Shown: in pieces, positions 1 to 13,899 of the stretch | Numbering within the stretch: the first letter of the stretch is position 1 | Layout: the number at the start of each line of letters is the position of its first letter | Assembly (NCBI GenBank): GCA_003344405.1 | Contig: NOWV01000144.1 | Coordinates: 62,001 to 126,000, forward strand | Origin: Trichoplax sp. H2 | Lineage: Eukaryota | Reading direction: 5' to 3' | DNA length: 64,000 bases | The notes under the pieces: generated by a model | Told to the model about the DNA's origin: nothing | Database searches by the model: none | What the model saw: the letters and a program-made list of their open reading frames with translations, nothing else | Position numbers and translations under genes: made by a program

Positions 1-1230
1 AAAAGTGAAAGAAAAGATTGCAATTTTGAATAGATTTTAGTCAATTAAGAAATAATCATACGATATTAGTGGTTATAAATTAAAATTTTGTACGTTTGTG
101 ATATCTTTACCTGCAGATAGTGTAATGTAAACGTAATACTACAATGGTAGAATTTTAGCTGAACTAAACAATTTAAATACGATACTGCAGAAAGTAAACG
201 CGATATTACCAACACTAGTAATTGCTAGTGTAAATTAAAGTTGACAACAAATTATAATTTGTTGCGAAAAATAGCTTTTCCTTCCTATTTTTATTAACAT
301 TTATATTTAACTAGTAACACCAGCTTTTGTGTTATATTATTCAATGAATAAAGACTAATTAATAATGTACATTTGGCTATTAACAATTTAAGACATATCA
401 AATTTTGAGACTGAATTATGGTGATTTTTATATTTTAAAAATGTCACTGTTTCATTACTACAGTTATAGACTTCTATATTACCCCCTAACATATATTTTT
501 ACCAGCCGATACTCGTTGTTAACTTATTCGATCCATACGCACTATAAGAAATCTAATAACTCACTCATTCTATTACTAAAGAACCATAATAGAATGCAAC
601 CGATATTGGCTAATTAATTAACTATCGACTTATACGTCTACGTTTAAATAAACATTACGTGGTAGCAAAAATCTCACTCTATTACAAAGCTACGTATGAT
701 ATTTAAGAAGCAAGAAAGACGAAAAATGGTCGTATACTCCATACTATAATTCCTAACTGATTGCATTTCTAGTAATTCAGTTATACTTATCATAGCTGTA
801 CTTCAATAGTATTCTAATAGAAGTCTCACTACAGTACAGTATAGTACAGTACATCAATATCAGCGTATAGAATAGAGTAAACAATAAATACAGTTTCATA
901 CTTATTTTCTCTCTAAAATATCGTCTTACCGAGTATGCAACAACAAGAAAGTTATTGTTAGCTTGTATTATAGCAATTACACTTTCCTTCCGGTTTTATA
1001 CATTCGCATAGATATACTACATTTACAGCGTACATAGACCTTTTACAAATATTATATACTGTACGGTAGAAGAGTTGGCGTTTACGAAATATTCATATGC
1101 AAGCAGTAATAACAGCGGCTGATAGTAATTGGTCATGTTAAACTGATGGTTAGTCATCTATTTATTCACTATTTCAGAATTACAATACAATCCGTCTGTA
1201 TAATTACAAACATCAATCCAATCTACTCAC

Positions 1231-1329
1231 CTCGAAACCCTTCCATATATTGTATCGGTAATGCGTGTCTTCTTCACTGAACGGCGAACTTTACTTACCT
1301 CCGCAGTTCGCCGCTTCATGGATGAAAAA
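1231..1329 (-). other. Candidate exon of an unidentified minus-strand gene running off the left edge
   Basis: Acceptor tactccag at 1330-1331; donors GAG|GTAAGT (1298) and GAG|GTGAGT (1230); locally GC-rich; ATG reading MKRRTAE(VSKVRRSVKKTRITDTIYGRVS). A further donor CAG|GTAAAG lies at ~110. No homology recognised. Confidence 0.35.
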
Positions 1330-3064
1330 CTGGAGTACAACTTTTATACAGTAAATTAAAGTCTATAAAAGAAATTAAAGAATGCACATATGAGAAGATT
1401 AAATTAGTAAAGGAATTATATTGGCCATCTTGCACGTATAGAAAAATTACTAATTGATTGTAGGCAAGTATCCTATTCTATATTACATTTATACATCTGT
1501 ACGTAGTGTCATGTGAAATGAAAAAGTGATGATCAAGGAATAATTTATGTCATCTCTGGCATCGTATGGTTCTAAATTTTTAATATGAATGCGCTATGTT
1601 TACATTATACATACTTAATATATAATCAGATACCTAGAGATGCAACTGTTTACATGTTACTGCATTATCAATATTGCAGTACACTGGTATACAGTAAAAC
1701 AATCATTCAGTTACTGTACAGTATAATAAAAAAAATAAAGGCATAGAAATGAAAAGATATAAAATTACATTGTTATTACGAAAAGCTAATATTAAGTAAG
1801 ATGCTATACCATTTAAATCATGCCATTTATATGACTATATAAATTTTGAGTGAAGATAAATTAGCATGCCAAATAAAAGGAAAATTAGGTGAATTTTAAA
1901 GTCGTAATCTATGTAGATTACCCGAATGTGCTACGTACAACACTAATTATGCCGTACAGTTTTCAAATAAAGAGAAAAAGGAACCAATTGATCAATCTTT
2001 TTTTTATGACCACAGTTTAAAAGCCTAGAAAGCTTGATTTGGTGTACTGTATATTGGTTGAATATGTTGTATACGGATAATAAAAGATATAAAAAATAAT
2101 CAGGGTGCTATGGGGTACAATTTATATTATATATACGAGTATAGAAAGCACTCTTCCATCATAATTATTTCCAGTGAAGTACATTATGAAAGTAACTTTT
2201 AATTACCCAAAAATATACCATTAACAACTGAGATTTAGAATCACGAAAGTAATCTTCAATTTGTAATAACTACTCAGATAAGATTATCCGAAGTTGAAAC
2301 CATCTTTAAATTTGTTTTATAATGAGCTTTTCATTTCAGTGTAAGTAACTTAGATAAATAGTAGTTTAGTCATTCAAGATTAATCTGTAATCAGAAAAGA
2401 ATAACTCTGTTGCTTAATGTACATAATATAATGTATCAAATGTTTCTTGACATAGATTTCAGTTTTAGAAGCATCCATAAGCACTGTAATACCAATGAGA
2501 TAATGGCCCACATTTGTACAAGGAAATCAATTTGCGATCCAGTATTAAAAGTGATTAGAAATACACGATATAATAGAATCTACCTGTGTGTATTGATTAT
2601 AAATTCAATTATCGCAGTCATTTCTGCGTTCAACTATTGTTGTAACCTTGCAGGAATACATGATACTACGACTAACTACTGAAATGATGCTTGGAGCAAA
2701 TTTTAAGAGATTGCGGTATACTCTTTTCATGGAATAAATTCTATTTTGAAATGTTTTAAAGAGTGCAAGTTTGCGGTTACAAAGGTTTATTAGCATGCGT
2801 CTTTTACACTCAATACTTTCATATACTGTAGTGTATTATCGATGAGTGATGGTTCCACTAGTTAACTAGGAAAACATTGCATTTTTCACCTATGTATGTA
2901 TCTCAAGTATGTCTCAATATCGACACAAGTCGCATTTGTAATAGTGCACCATTGTGCATGCAAGATAAATGAATCCACTACAGGCAGTAATATCCCGTAG
3001 CGTAGTTTGCACCTGGTCTATTCATATCGCTATCGAGGCTGTAAAGACTGAACTCTTTGGCAGT

Positions 3065-3880
3065 GTTTCATTTCAATCAGGAATGATCAAGATTGATGGA
3101 CTAGATTGTTGAGTATTAATATTACATCTCCATTTATGAACAGATTACACTATGCAGGAAAGAACAATTTTACAACTGGACACTATAAAAATGGGATTGA
3201 TTCTTTAGCAGTATTTTAATTCATTTCAATCTGCAATATCAAGACGGATGGACTAGAGTGTTGAGTCGGGTTCAATCTCCTCGATTAGATTCAGTATTTT
3301 TACTCCTAATATTGATACTCCACTTGTATTAGAAAATGATCCTATTCGGTTAGACAAGTAACCATGTGTGTCAGGTAACATTGACTTGGTGCCCGGTACT
3401 CTATTACTATTAGCAACGAGTCATTATACAACCGTACGTTATAACGATCAGGCTTTTTAGCAGGATATCATTTCAATCAATCATATTAAGATTGATGGGC
3501 TAAATTGTTGAATATACAGTACAATATATTGATATAGCCTTGGTAGTAAGGATGATAGTGTACGGTTACCTAGTGTCCAAAATGGATGAGGATAGCACCA
3601 CTTTGCGAAAGATATTTTATTGCTAACAGCAAAGAATTATTCTACCATTCGACGTTGTCAAAAAGGAAACCGTTGATACCTATTTGATGTTAATCAGGAC
3701 TTTATGGACTAGAGTGCTACTATCGCTATAACGCTTGTACACGTATTAAAAGACGATAATATGGATGATAGCAACGAGTCATGGGCATCAATGAAGGTAT
3801 CATGATCCTTGAACAATATCCAATTTCAATCAGTCACATCAAGACCAAGGGAGGACGAAATGGTTGAATATTGATACTCT
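3065..3880. repeat. Cluster of ~5 degenerate ~50-bp repeats with irregular spacing
   Basis: TTTCAATC..ATCAAGA.TGATGGACTAGA.TGTTGA-like copies near 3071, 3224, 3471, 3683 and 3824. TAGCAACGAGTCAT occurs at 3411 and 3768. Confidence 0.75.
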
Positions 3881-5234
3881 ATTCCTATTGAAGGCATAAT
3901 ACTGTAGGTCTATCAGCATGAGCACGGATAAAATACTACTTTGTGAAAGGTACTCCATCTTGCTAGGAGTAAGAGAGCCAGTAAGACAGAGCGCTGAATA
4001 CTATCCTACAGGGATTCTATTGAATATCAATGGTGTACCGACTATATACCCGATTACAGTAGTAAAGAGGTGAAAAGAGTAGTAATGGACTTTCTCTATT
4101 GGACGACATACAATGCGTTGATTTGGTTTAGGTTTGATTTGACAATTTTGAAAATAATAATTTTTATTTCCACTTGGGTAGTTTGAAGAGAGACAAGTGG
4201 GAAAAGGTGATGAATGCATTTTTCTGGCCTGCTATAGTGAACAAGAGGTAAGATACTGAAACGGTGCTCGACACCCATACACAATACTTCTATTCTAGTG
4301 TAGTAGGCCTGGTGGAAGATTGGTGGCTCCAATCGACGGTACATGGTACTGTAGACAGGGCAGAAAGAAAGCATTTCCTATGGGAGTATAGAGTACAAGT
4401 ACTGTAGCCATGGACCGGTCATGAACTGTAGCAAAATGGACAATCGTCTAGCCAATAATGTTCCACTGCCAATGAATAACATGATTAACATGGTGATCCA
4501 ATTAGCAATGATTTCTGTGTATGGAAAGATGAGCCAGTCAATTGCTTTCGACAACCGAAGTGGAGCCAAACATGAGCACAATGAAAGTGTAAACTGCAGT
4601 AATATCACCGACTGCCTTAACAACATCATTTTCAATGTCAACTAGTATTGAGGACTATCTACCCGAGTAACAGTAATACAGTAGGACATAGACAGTCTAT
4701 GGATGGATTGAAATGGATACGAATTGCATATTTCAATGGTGCTATCCCTATCCTAATTGTCTCTTAGCCATGACTTCATACGAAAGCACAATCTATTGCA
4801 GTAGAATTGACCGTCTATGGTTAGGCTACTTTGTGTATGTTTATTCAATAGCAATGACCGTATCAACTAAACGTGATCTATGACTACAGTAGTTGGTTGG
4901 CATGAGAGTCAAAGAGTGGCAATTTCCACTCATATCAATGTGTCAACTCCATCTAGACTGAGTAGAGAGTCATGACCTAAAGTCACACCATGAATAAAAT
5001 AATAACTGTGTCATAGAATATACATTCCTTTCGGTGTAGTCTTTTAAAATTGATTGTGAAACCATCGACTTACATTTCCTTCACTTGGCAACAGTACAGT
5101 ACAACGATTGGATGTCTTTGGATAAAGTAAAAAAGTCTGCAAAATTACGCATGGATAGAAGTTTGTTCCAAGTTTTTCACTTTGTTAACATCGACTTTTG
5201 ATTTTGCACGGTCTTGGAGGGCAACTTCCACTGG

Positions 5235-5740
5235 TTACTGTAGAGAGTAAAGTACAGTGTACTGTGTTTTACAGTACATTGTCCTGTAGTTCGCAGTACG
5301 CTGCACTGTAGTTTACAGTACTGTACTGTGGACAGTGCATAGTGCATACTGTACAGTACAGTACTGTGGACAGTGGATAGTGCTATTCCAGTGTCCACTG
5401 TACTGTAGAACCGAAATTGAACCGGACCCTTCTCAGGTTGAACTGTCCTCCACCGTACAGTACTGTGCTGTACAGTGTACAGTGGACAGTACATTCAGTA
5501 CTGTAGCACTGTCTAGTACTGCCAGTCCAAAAAGATTTCGTCTCCTTTTCCAGTACTCAAGTACAGTACGAGATACTGTAGAGAGTGCATCTTGTACTGT
5601 ACAGTACTGTATTCTACAGTACAGTACAGTACTGACGTCAGTGACTGTAGCATAAGGTACTGTAAAACGACTGCTGCTTACAGTACAGTATTGCTTCATC
5701 GATCCATACTGCACTGTACACTGTACACTGTACACTAGTG
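5235..5740. repeat. Low-complexity palindromic TACAGTA/TACTGTA (CAGTACTG)-rich tract
   Basis: Dozens of ACAGT/ACTGT units in both orientations, e.g. gtactgtacagtactgtattctacagtacagtacagtactg. The tract generates spurious STV/QYC-rich ORFs. Confidence 0.88.
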
Positions 5741-8700
5741 TATTAACTTTGCTTACACTTCCAACTAGGAATAAATGGTTTTATCCATCAGCATTCTCTA
5801 GGATTTATTTTTTTTGTTTTTACAAGCAAAATGAACATAAAGCGATCATCTAGGGTCATGATTCAAGAGATCATTATATGAAAAGTATCGAGAGAGAGTG
5901 ATCCTAAGGTAGTATACTGTACTTGCATCAATGGTACAGCAATACTGTAGATGACCAACAAGCAATTCCATCGAAAAAATGACATCATCACGGTAGGCAC
6001 ATGCCGTCATCAAGTAAGGGATTTGCAAGATCAATGGATCCATTCCTAAAATCATCCGACAATTGGCGACTCATAGACACAGTACCTGTTAGTACATAGG
6101 ATAAAATAGATACAAGTGGAGTAGGATAGAAATAGACTGACGTGTCTACACTTGCCTAGACAAATATGGAAATCAACCTTGCCTGAAGACAGTCATCATG
6201 CGCATTGTCCTACTTGCGACACTATACTGTACTAATGACATCACGTAAAGCACCATAAGCTTGCTGTTCGCTTGTATTCATTGATTATCACTATCGCTAA
6301 GCCAATAGAAGAGATTAATAAGAAGAAAACCCACTCAATACTTTGGTTATCGCTTGATTCAATAGCATTTTTCTATTGTACAACTGAAATAACCTACAGA
6401 ATTCTCCAACACCTGTCCTCCATCTATTGTTGCTTGATTAAAAATGATAATCAAAGCCCAACAAATCAACAAAAACCTTCCAGGCCAATACTAAGGACTA
6501 AAATTCGTTATTAAAAAAATAAAAATAGAAAAAAAGGATAAGGATTACCATCCGATTAGATACGCGTACATGATTATATCATATCGATAGACTGGTGTGC
6601 AAGGTTGAAAAGGATCAAAGTTGAACCACTACTGTGCAACCAAAGTCTGTTCCAAACTTGCACGCTCCATACTCGCCACGCATCCACGTCGATGGGTTAA
6701 CGCGTATTAAGTATTGATACTATAGAGGAATACACATATCAGTATCGATCTACAATACTGCAAGAGTATACAATTCAATGGCATTAACGCTCGATATTGG
6801 AAATTGAAATCAACGGCATTAGTATTAATTTAATTACTGTAGTATAAACTTAAAGCATTGTCTATTCACAAGTTAGAACTGTCAAAACTAGAGACGCTGT
6901 TGTATTTTTTTTTAATAAGCGAGCAATTAAAATTAGGATTAAATAGACAGTAGTTCATATCTAGCCAATGCCGTAAATAATATTGAAAGGAATGAATTAG
7001 TGCCATGTTCAAAATTGGGTCCATTTTTTTCTCTTTTTTATTATTATTTGTTTACTTTATAGATCGATGGATGCGTACATATGCAATTAATTAACCTTAT
7101 CCGTCAAGAAAATATCATTTATATGTAAATACTCTATATACTCATCTCCACTTCGTTGTCGACATTTATCCATACAATGCACGATACGTAGATAAAGTCA
7201 AGAATAATACTGCGGGGGAAATATACTTTAACTGGGAATCAGGTGAATATCGACAGTAAAGTTTCAATTGACTGGCATTGCTTATAATACGGCAAATCAA
7301 AAAATGAAATTAACATGTAGACACATTACTACACAATGTACATGCTTGGCTAGTATTCACACATCATGGAGTATTATACAGTAGTTATCCTAGAATTTTG
7401 CATGTTATTGTTTATCATAAAATGTTGTTTACCGAAAGAGCTAATAAAGTGAAGGATAGGCAGATTGAGTCAATATCAACCGATACAATGAAACGACAAT
7501 AATACTGTAGATTAAATATGTACTAGAATAATAAATTCAGGAATAATACATTCTAGCTCAAGAAATAAAAACTAAAGACTAGGCTATATTATACTCTAGC
7601 TTTCATGATAAATACTAAGTAATTTTTAAAACATCTTCAATAATCTTCAATATTCCAACGTACAGTATAACTGCTCCCTATCTAGACAACCATCGCTTAG
7701 CTATACCATTGGTGTACAACTGTACAGTATATCGTGAAAAGCTGTAAAATATTACATCTAATCAACCAGTAAAGACGGTACTTTTTGATATATTACAAAT
7801 TAAAAAGTAGCCCTAGAGAGCGTATGTAATTTTTTACCCTGTACAATACACTATCATTAGTTCGGATTGTCGACGTAAATTATTCTATACAACATTGCAA
7901 CTCAATAATTAAGTTTCCTAGACTATAATAGTAAAAAATTAATTTATATTGTGTCAAAGACATCCTGTATTCCAACATTTTTAATTATAAATATATGAAT
8001 AAACGCATTGATGCTATTCTCGTCCAGTTGTCGTTTTAAACTTCATATTTCGATAATTTAGACAGCGTAGCCATCTGCTCTTTGTTCTTTTACTCAATGA
8101 TTAGTATGATTAAAAGAATGAATACGTAATCTGAGCACATATTTGCCAATCTAATAGATTTCACCATTCAAAGTTAAATAAATTAAACAATAATAATTTT
8201 GTATAGAATTATCATCAGTTTTAGTAATATCGTTTATTTGATTGTATACGGATTTGATTATCTCGTAGACTAGTAAAATATACTGTAGCTTTTGCTTATT
8301 AATCAGTAAGCTATCCACTATCAATGATCTCCAATTGCATGATAGTAAGGCCCTATAAAAGAGTGACCCTTTCATGTTTCATTACACTACATATTAATCA
8401 TCGATTAAGAATTGCTCATTCCATGTAGCAAGCTTAAAATTAACTAAGCAAACTGTTTTTTACTTATGAAGACAGTTGTCAATAATTCCAATTGAAACGG
8501 TAAACTCATACAATACATAACAATCGTAATACTACGTAAGTGAAACTGATTGCCATAATGGCGATTATCAATGAGCACCGTGGACATTAGGAAGTAGTAT
8601 TCTTACTTTATAGCTTGTATGATAATTAATATACAGATATTTGAAGATGTTCATAAATTCAAGATTTTAAATTTAATAATTTTTAAATATCCATATTAAA

Positions 8701-9522
8701 CTTGATCATTATATATTAATAATCATCCCTTGTAAATATTTTCCGTTATACTGGTAATACAAAATATATTATTATTATACATGATATCCAAGTAAATCTG
8801 ACACTGTAATGAATGAATAGCTATACTCGTGCTTAGGAAGGGTCATATCTCAGCCGCGTTCCATACATACAAATATTTATATTCATATTCTAAAATCCTA
8901 CAGTTAATACAGTATTCGATCGATGCTTCTCAACCGAAAGTGCAAAAAAATTTAATTACAAAAATCATTCAAGTTTATACCGAGCGTTCAATAGAATATT
9001 ACTGATAGATTAACCGATATAATCTCACACAAATTAAGTCTGATCCTATCTTTCTACCCTTGACCAAGAAATAGCAAGTGCAAGGTATTTATACGTCTAC
9101 GTATAGCTTACGAACCATGGAGTTATTCATTATGCGCACATAACTTTAGATGAAGTGATTCAAGCATACATTACTGTACTGTACATATGTCCACAAACGT
9201 AGACTTTGAAATCTAAGTAAATTAAACTCACTGCCCTATTTATCGTATCATTTAAAAATTACCAAGTGTATTATAAAATGGAATGTATATGCAATGACGT
9301 TACACAGAGCATATCATAAATAATAATACGACCAAAATAGACTTCATAGTATAGAGAATGGTTCAATTATAGCTCAATAAAATAAAGAATTATACGGCAT
9401 GATTAAAGAGTACTAGCAATCCTACGTTAATTTATATATCTTTACAAAGGACTGGTATCAACACGACCGATGACAAGACAATTCATAATATATATCGATA
9501 ATAACATTTAATAATAACTATA

Positions 9523-12500
9523 TTAGTATATATATCGATTTATAGGAATGTCGTAATCTCGGTTGTTACTACCAGATGAACCAGCATCGTCGTTATTATT
9601 ATCATCGGGACCCAGATTCCTTAATTTGGTAATATTCTCCGATTTCTTGGACTGATTTTCCTATTAGTATTTAAAAATTATTCATTGTCAACAGTATAAA
9701 CCGTTATTTATTCAATTAAAATGTAAAAAATCAGAGGAAAAATTTTATAAGCTATCACAACCGTTCTTAGTAAATGAACAACTACACCGATAAATCTGAT
9801 TTAGTCAATTCATTACATGGAATATGCATGCAATATAAAGTACTACTCTTGCTCAAAGTAACTAATCATTTTCAAATAATTTAAGCTAGACCCGTTACGT
9901 GTAAGATACTTTATCGTTGCATTACCAATTAAGTAAGATTAGACAATTAATGACAATAATTTTCAAAATTTCATTACATATTCATTTCTATCGGAATGTA
10001 CGCAAAGTGTTTTAAGGTAGAAGTGAACTTGCATCAACAATACGTCATAATATGGAAACTTTTTTACGTGATACTTGCAATTAATAAATACAAAGTTCTA
10101 CTTCGTAAATAATTTTCAATGTAATAAGTAATAGAATCTTATCTTATTTAACGAGTAAATTCTTAATTCCAAATACCTGCGCATATCTTGCATTATCAAG
10201 AATGACTTCGCGAACTAAATCTTGCTTCATAAGCAAATCTCCACACATGGAGTTCCTTGAATGAGGCGAATTACATTCATCAACTTGAAAATCATGCCGC
10301 ATATAAAACAATATGTACGCAACCTCGTAAAAGTGATCACGACCGATATTGTTTAATGCATTAGAATTATCATTACATTGAACATGAGTATCGTTAAATA
10401 TTATCCATCCAGAGCCATTGTCAGTAACTTCAGCCACAGGAACGTTATCACGGCGATTGCAATCCAAAGGCGTCTTAACTATGCTGTAGTAATGCCCACC
10501 ATCAGCTGTTAAACCAGAATGAATTACAGCAGAGTGCAAATTATATCCTATCAATTTGTATTCTTGAGACATAGAATACAATGGATCCTCCTTCTCCAAT
10601 ATTCCAGAAGACAATTCCGTCATATCATCACTTTCACTACTACTGGACTGATCCGCCATGTGACATGGTAAGGATATTTCATTAGGAAAGTGTACCTTAC
10701 GAAAAATTTTCGATCGCTTATGAGTTAAAGTATTGTAAGAAAATCTTTGCAGCGACAGGATTAAACAAGGTGGTAATTTCGTAAGTGTTCGCATAATTTC
10801 CGCATCAGTACTTTCATTACATCGATCACAAGAGTAAGAATTGCCTTGATCAACCAATAATTGCTCTTCAGATAAAAATTTCTCCAGCAAAGCTTGCAAG
10901 GAATATCCAGTATGAACATGAGTATCGTTATCTAAATAATTATTGAGACTGCGATGGGCGGTAGTTGAATTGCTACTTGTTGGATTATCTGGCATAGAAT
11001 TAGCATTGGTTGTTAATGTATCCGCTGTCAATGAAGTTATGATCCATCAACCAATAATAGAAAAGTATTTTAAACAAAATAAAAAGAAACATTAAATAAA
11101 GTTGATTATTGTTATAGATTATCAGGTTCAATGATTACAAAGAAAGTAAACATAGATTGCAACTAGCTAAAATATACATATATACAGATATATTTCTTTA
11201 CCATTTTCATTACCAAACGCAAGCATAAGATCTAAGAATTCTTCTTTGTGTTGCATTACGTTGTTGCACTTTCTACACCTAATATGGTTAACAAATTCCC
11301 CTTGAAAGAAATGTTGAATATCGTTTCGACTGCGATTTTGCAATTTCTCTTCTTTATCAAATGAACTTAATAAATATTTTAAAAATTCTGAACTGTCTTG
11401 TTGTTCAAATTCTTGAAACCATTTTGGGCGTGATAATCTTGCAAATTCGCGAGGACATATAGATTCCCTCTACAAGCAAAACGTTAAATCTCTTTAGTAG
11501 GTAACAGCATTTGTAGCTATAAACTTGAATCATCATCATGAGATTGCAATAGTTACATCAGGATAACGTAAGCAATTATTAGCAATATAGAACGTTAGCA
11601 TACCTGCGATAATGATAAATATACGAATAATCTCTGCAATTCTATTAATAATGGTTGCTTTCCATCAAATGTAGAGCTAATGATAAATTTTCGAAAGCTA
11701 CAGATGTCAAACCGTAAATATAAATTTTTTAGTACAACAAACACCATCAAGAATTTTTTTATCATTATCAATTTCTATCTGCGTGATGATTAAAGTTGCT
11801 AATAGTACTGTACATGTTGTCAGTGCTATACGTATAATCATGACTAACCCATCAATCATGTATAGGACCTGCAGAATACTATTCATATAACAGGTATTGC
11901 CTAAATTATCTAAGCCAATCTTCTTTATTATTAACGATCGATTTCTTAAATAGCTTCCACGATCAACGACCTCATATTCTGATAGTAAAGATGTTAATTC
12001 TTCTTCTTTAGGAACATACTACATTAAAAAATAAGCGAGAAATTGATTTTAATGATACCTTTATACTTTAATTTTTTTGTACAAAGTAAACCATCGATAT
12101 GGTCGCTGCGTATCTATCTTAAATAAAAATATTAGCATGCATTGCAATCGGATAAAATTACCTTTGTATGATTAAAAATTGGTCTAAGTAATTTTTGATA
12201 GTTTGGAATAGAGTAATATAGCGCATGTACGATTTGGCAACATTTCTTATAGGATGGGAATAAGTCAGGATCTTGATAGAGTGTATCCAATATCGAAAGA
12301 AAGTGATTGATGACCTGGCAATTAAAAAGTCAACTTAGGGAAACTAGTCAGAGTAACTGTATCAGTAACAGCTGATAATGTCAAAGTGTAAATAAATAAA
12401 TTTACTGCTATGGAATAGCATATAGAAACAATATCATAATACAGTAGTACATAATAATGAAAAAAATTATTTTTATATATAATGTAAGTAATAACTCTTT

Positions 12501-13888
12501 CTCCCTAGACCAAAGATAAGGCCCAATTTCATAATTATGGCATTACATGTAAAAGATTATACCTTGGAAACAATATCAATAGAATGATAATGACGGCACA
12601 ATATCAAGTGAACTAGGGGTATCATTGAAGAGCATGCATGTTTATTCTGGAGACAGCGGCATATCTATAAAGTGAGAAATATATAACCACTTTTACTTGC
12701 ATCCAACTTTTGCAAAGTTAGCACAAATGTTTGACATAAATTCTAGCATTTATCGCTTTTTGACAAATCATGATGTTGTACTACCTTTTAATCAATGTCA
12801 ATAACAACCGATAGTAATAAATGACAACTAACCTGATCAATTTTACTTCGAAGTACACTATCGATAACTTTATCTCGACCATGGTCAATCATAGTTACAA
12901 AAAATTGAAGTATACAAGCTAACCATCCAGGAGCAGCATCGTCAAGATGAGTTGATTTTGACAGTAATAAATCCATCCAGTCCAGTAATCTTTCAGCAGC
13001 TAAAGAGAGTAGGGCATCAGGAAATGGAACAGTATGTCTAGCGATGTCTAGTACTGACTGATTAATACTCGTCGTTGAAACATACTTGAGTGCATAAGCT
13101 ACGAAAGGCGATGGATTGAGGGGGGAATAACGTAAGACAGCATCACGTAATGAGCCACCAGGTATGTCAGGAATAGTTATTGAGATATTGATGGACATGG
13201 CTAAGCTTAGGATTGATGTAATCGTATAATGAAGAGCAATGGATTGATCTTGACATAGTACGCCAATTAACTTGGACATTTGATCAATCACCTTTAAAAT
13301 ATTTTCTGTTGTTGTATCAGTATGTATAGTGTGATGCTTAGCAGGATGATGTTGATGATTACGAGCGATGCACATCACTAGAACAAGACAAAGTTGGCTT
13401 GAATAACCTTGTTGACGACAATGATCGACTAATTGTGATGCCATTTTGCCAATCGTTTCTATGTTATCCCAAGAAATCATGCAAGCTAGCAATACCTCTA
13501 ATACTTGCTGATCTATCTTAATATGATCAACACGGTTGATAACCATCATAATAGAATGGAAAAATTGTGCAATACGAAGTTGATCGACATTGGTACTTTG
13601 TAACAGTAGTTGTTGTAAACGATGAGCGCTCATCAATTGACGCATACAAAATTCCATATCGGATTGAACAATAAATTTCAACAAGATTGTCGCCATTTGA
13701 TTCTTTAATGGTATATCTGTATACAGAAACCATTGGACAGCAACTTGCAATACATCCATTGATGCCACAGCAGATGGTTGATTATTGGCATTATAATTTA
13801 ACAGTGTTATAATAGCAGAGCGTTTGACTGCGCTTTCATGTTGACTGTCGATAATACTCTGCAATAATTGAGCACATTCAGCGGCCAT
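9523..13888 (-). CDS. USP38: Ubiquitin carboxyl-terminal hydrolase, USP35/USP38 family (~942 aa, 8 exons)
   Basis: Phase-consistent GT-AG exons: 13888-12833, 12664-12563, 12314-12162, 12018-11849, 11697-11604, 11469-11202, 11024-10177, 9660-9523. Cys box GLDNLGNTCYMNSILQ; SRPKWFQEFEQQDSSEFLKYLL (USP35/38-like); Zn ligands CRKC/CDRC; His box HSGLTADGGHYY...WIIFND; long helical N-terminus. USP35 versus USP38 cannot be separated, so this may be a pro-orthologue of both. Confidence 0.9.
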
Positions 13889-13899
13889 GATTCTCACTC

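Noticed and set aside
1291..1300. ACTTACCT as the 5' end of U1 snRNA
   Set aside because: Downstream sequence does not resemble U1; it is the complement of a splice donor.
3065..3880. CRISPR-like repeat-spacer array
   Set aside because: Repeats are degenerate, spacers are long, irregular and partly homologous, and there are no cas genes.
5177..5735. Three overlapping 100-106 aa ORFs
   Set aside because: They are by-products of the stop-poor CAGTACTG low-complexity tract.
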